Shown here piece after piece: positions 61,904 to 64,000 of a stretch of 64,000 bases of DNA. The position numbers and the translations under genes were made by a program. This stretch comes from a bacterium (lineage in GTDB: Bacteria > Hinthialibacterota > Hinthialibacteria > Hinthialibacterales > Hinthialibacteraceae), in contig CAXXSM010000092.1 of NCBI GenBank assembly GCA_963663405.2, forward strand, positions 64,001-128,000, in the 5' to 3' direction. The notes below the pieces were generated by a model. That model ran no database searches, was not told the DNA's origin, and saw only the letters and a program-made list of their open reading frames with translations. Position 1 is the stretch's first letter. Each line of letters opens with the position of its first letter.

Positions 61904-62082
61904 GACCAGTCTCCTCTAATGAATGTCTCTTGATTTAGGTTTCCTTAACTGTGCCAGAGGAGAAACACGCTTGTCAAGTAAAAAAACAATTTTCTATGAA
62001 ATATCTATTGTTTTTTTTTGAGAAATCGATTGCATTGCCGAGGAAGACACATGTTTGCGTAGGATGGTGAGGATTGAATAAT

Positions 62083-63375
62083 TTAGGATTTCGTTTGATT
62101 TTTTTGCGCTTGTTTCCGGCGTTTGCGGGTGGCGAATTCGGGCGCTTCTTTGATACATTGGCCAAGAATTTTAATTCCCTTCCAAAGCAGTTTTCCCGTG
62201 GCGCGGATAAATTTCGCCGGTCCTTCACCGACATCGGCCCAGCCTTTTTCATCCGGCTGTACCTTCTCCCAATTATGAAACAAGCGTCCCCATTCGCTGC
62301 GCAACGCCTCATGCACACGTTTGCTTCCATTTTTTGGATACCAGTACATATCGTGATAAAGAACGCTGGCGATATAGGCCCACGGCGCCATCCATGTCTT
62401 TAACGACCATTCAATCCACGTTTTCAATTTTCCCCAATAAATCTGATGCTGCATCCGGGATGCGAACGTCATTTCCTTAAACGGCCCTTGGAACGCCCAA
62501 TTCTCCGCCGCGGCGTCTTCATCGCCAACGATTTCGATCTCTTTTAGATCGCCGCAGCCGAGTCCTTTTTCATGCGCGATCCGCACAAATTTTAGATCGC
62601 TTAGTGGATCGAAGCCCATCAATTTCGCGGCCACCGCGTCGATCGCGACCTGATCCTCTGAAGCCAGCAATACATTTTTTACATGGGGGATCATACACCG
62701 GGGCCCCGGCCCGTCTCCAGCGAATGTCCCATCCATCACGGCGAAAACGCTTCGGTGAATCTTCTTTTGAATCATTAATAAATCCACTAACGTCTCATGA
62801 ATGACGGGATGCGTCCAATGCCGGTGCTCGTTCAGCAACCCTCCAAACGCGTTTTTCATCGCGCCGGTCGTAGTGGTGAACACATGCGTTTTCACTGTCG
62901 GCAGATGAATGATATTCTCTCCAATAAAACGCTTTGGGATCGAGAATCCTTTTGGATAGACTTCGTTCAGGCAGATAAACTCATCGGCCAGATCGCCCAC
63001 CGCGTCCCGTACATTGATCCACTCTTCTCCTTCGTACAGATGCACGTTTCGAAGCCCATGCGCTTCGACCACGTTGATCTGTTTGTTCTCCCGCTCACCG
63101 AGATGCGAATCGATGACCACCGTCCGGTTATGGCAGCCATGAATCAAATTCGGATCGTATCCATCCTTCTTCATCGTCCGGATCACACCCTCCAACTGCC
63201 AGGGTGTAGTCGAGCAGGCGGGGAAAAAGAAATGCCAGCTGATATTGATCTTCAACGCCGTATCGGCGTCCTTCGCAACCACGTTCTGATATCCGGCTAA
63301 GTTCATCAACCGGTGATAATCTTCTAATACTGTTCGAGGAGTTGTCCGAACCACGGCAACTTTTGATTGAGACAC
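62083..63375 (-). CDS. DUF362 domain protein (putative Fe-S protein)
   Basis: LKINISW, LPTVKTH, TGAMKNAFGG, GDGPGP, DQVAIDA. Confidence 0.85.
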   Translation of the reverse strand: MSQSKVAVVRTTPRTVLEDYHRLMNLAGYQNVVAKDADTALKINISWHFFFPACSTTPWQLEGVIRTMKKDGYDPNLIHGCHNRTVVIDSHLGERENKQINVVEAHGLRNVHLYEGEEWINVRDAVGDLADEFICLNEVYPKGFSIPKRFIGENIIHLPTVKTHVFTTTTGAMKNAFGGLLNEHRHWTHPVIHETLVDLLMIQKKIHRSVFAVMDGTFAGDGPGPRCMIPHVKNVLLASEDQVAIDAVAAKLMGFDPLSDLKFVRIAHEKGLGCGDLKEIEIVGDEDAAAENWAFQGPFKEMTFASRMQHQIYWGKLKTWIEWSLKTWMAPWAYIASVLYHDMYWYPKNGSKRVHEALRSEWGRLFHNWEKVQPDEKGWADVGEGPAKFIRATGKLLWKGIKILGQCIKEAPEFATRKRRKQAQKNQTKS

Positions 63376-63560
63376 GATAAAACTCCTTTTCTATAATTCG
63401 TTCCAACTAAAAAGGTAAGCCAAGAGAGTCACGCCGAAACCATTCTTATTATAATTATTGTACATAGACGGTGTTTTCCATCAACTTTTCCACACCAACA
63501 TCGTTTTCTTAGTTACGACAACGATCTCCGAGATTAGTGAGTAACCGCTCATGGAATATT

Positions 63561-63654
63561 TATATGAAAAAGAGTTTCTAAGGCTTACTCGTTCGAGATT
63601 TCTATCGCAACTCATTTTCATTTGTTCGTTGTGTTCTCAAATCATGATAGTTTA
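63561..63654 (+). repeat. Family A element, copy 6
   Basis: TATATGAAAAAGAGTT...AACTCATTTTCATTTG...ATCATGATAGTTTA. Confidence 0.85.
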
Positions 63655-63661
63655 TACACCG

Positions 63662-63696
63662 AAAAAAAGTCCCAGCAAAAACTGCCGGGACTTTTT
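63662..63696. terminator. Rho-independent terminator (bidirectional shape)
   Basis: AAAAAAAGTCCC...GGGACTTTTT just after the stop at 63720. Confidence 0.75.
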
Positions 63697-63719
63697 CGAT
63701 TGTTCTAAATCACTAATGA

Positions 63720-64000
63720 TCAGTAGTTTTCCCACAGAGACGCTTTCGAATCAGTAAGAGTATTCGCATCGGTGACAACGTGCAGGAAGAAATCCTGTTC
63801 GACCGTGTATTCTTCATTAATAATGGCGAGCAGGCGGACAAAGGCGCCGGCCGCGTTGTCAGGAACTTCCCAGTATAAAGTACCATCTTCCAGAATCGTC
63901 ATTCCCTCCGGACCGTCGAGTAATTCGAAGGTCACGGTTTCTGGATCCGCCAACACGCTGGGTTGATAGGAGAACAACGAATTTTCATGAACCGTCGAAG
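63720..64000 (-). CDS. 3' end of a protein with Ig/cadherin-like domain and C-terminal tail motif
   Basis: FELLDGPEGMTI...GTLYW; ends SKASLWENY; start lies outside the window. Confidence 0.7.
   Translation of the reverse strand, partial: STVHENSLFSYQPSVLADPETVTFELLDGPEGMTILEDGTLYWEVPDNAAGAFVRLLAIINEEYTVEQDFFLHVVTDANTLTDSKASLWENY

Overview
Chromosomal window from a diderm, probably anaerobic bacterium. The gene style (orphan prepilin-type genes, many secreted WD40/LRR/LamG proteins with a shared short C-terminal tail) suggests a candidate phylum such as Hinthialibacterota/OLB16; this is inference only. The left end is a minus-strand oxygen/oxidative-stress cluster (small hypothetical, peroxiredoxin, ferritin-like protein, desulfoferrodoxin, rubrerythrin, flavodiiron protein, rubredoxin, ZIP transporter, ferritin, cydA). 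It sits behind a sigma54 promoter, with a PAS kinase/NtrC-type pair, a stand-alone receiver and a KamA-family gene nearby. Housekeeping genes (aroA, cmk, acpS, yajC, purL, cysS) are interspersed with accessory genes: a four-gene WD40 array, an LRR protein, vapBC, and a Met-rich repeat gene paired with a TIR/NDT-like gene. Main candidate novel system: nine exported-type proteins of six unrelated families end in [T/S]-x-[VIAM]-x-x-[WYF]-x-x-[YFH]-(0-1 aa)-stop, and a tenth ends in a near match, which looks like a short non-transmembrane C-terminal sorting signal. Two families of dispersed hairpin elements are also present, one copy nested in another at a duplicated TA. No rRNA, tRNA, CRISPR array, transposase or reverse transcriptase was recognised. 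Several frameshifts may be assembly errors.
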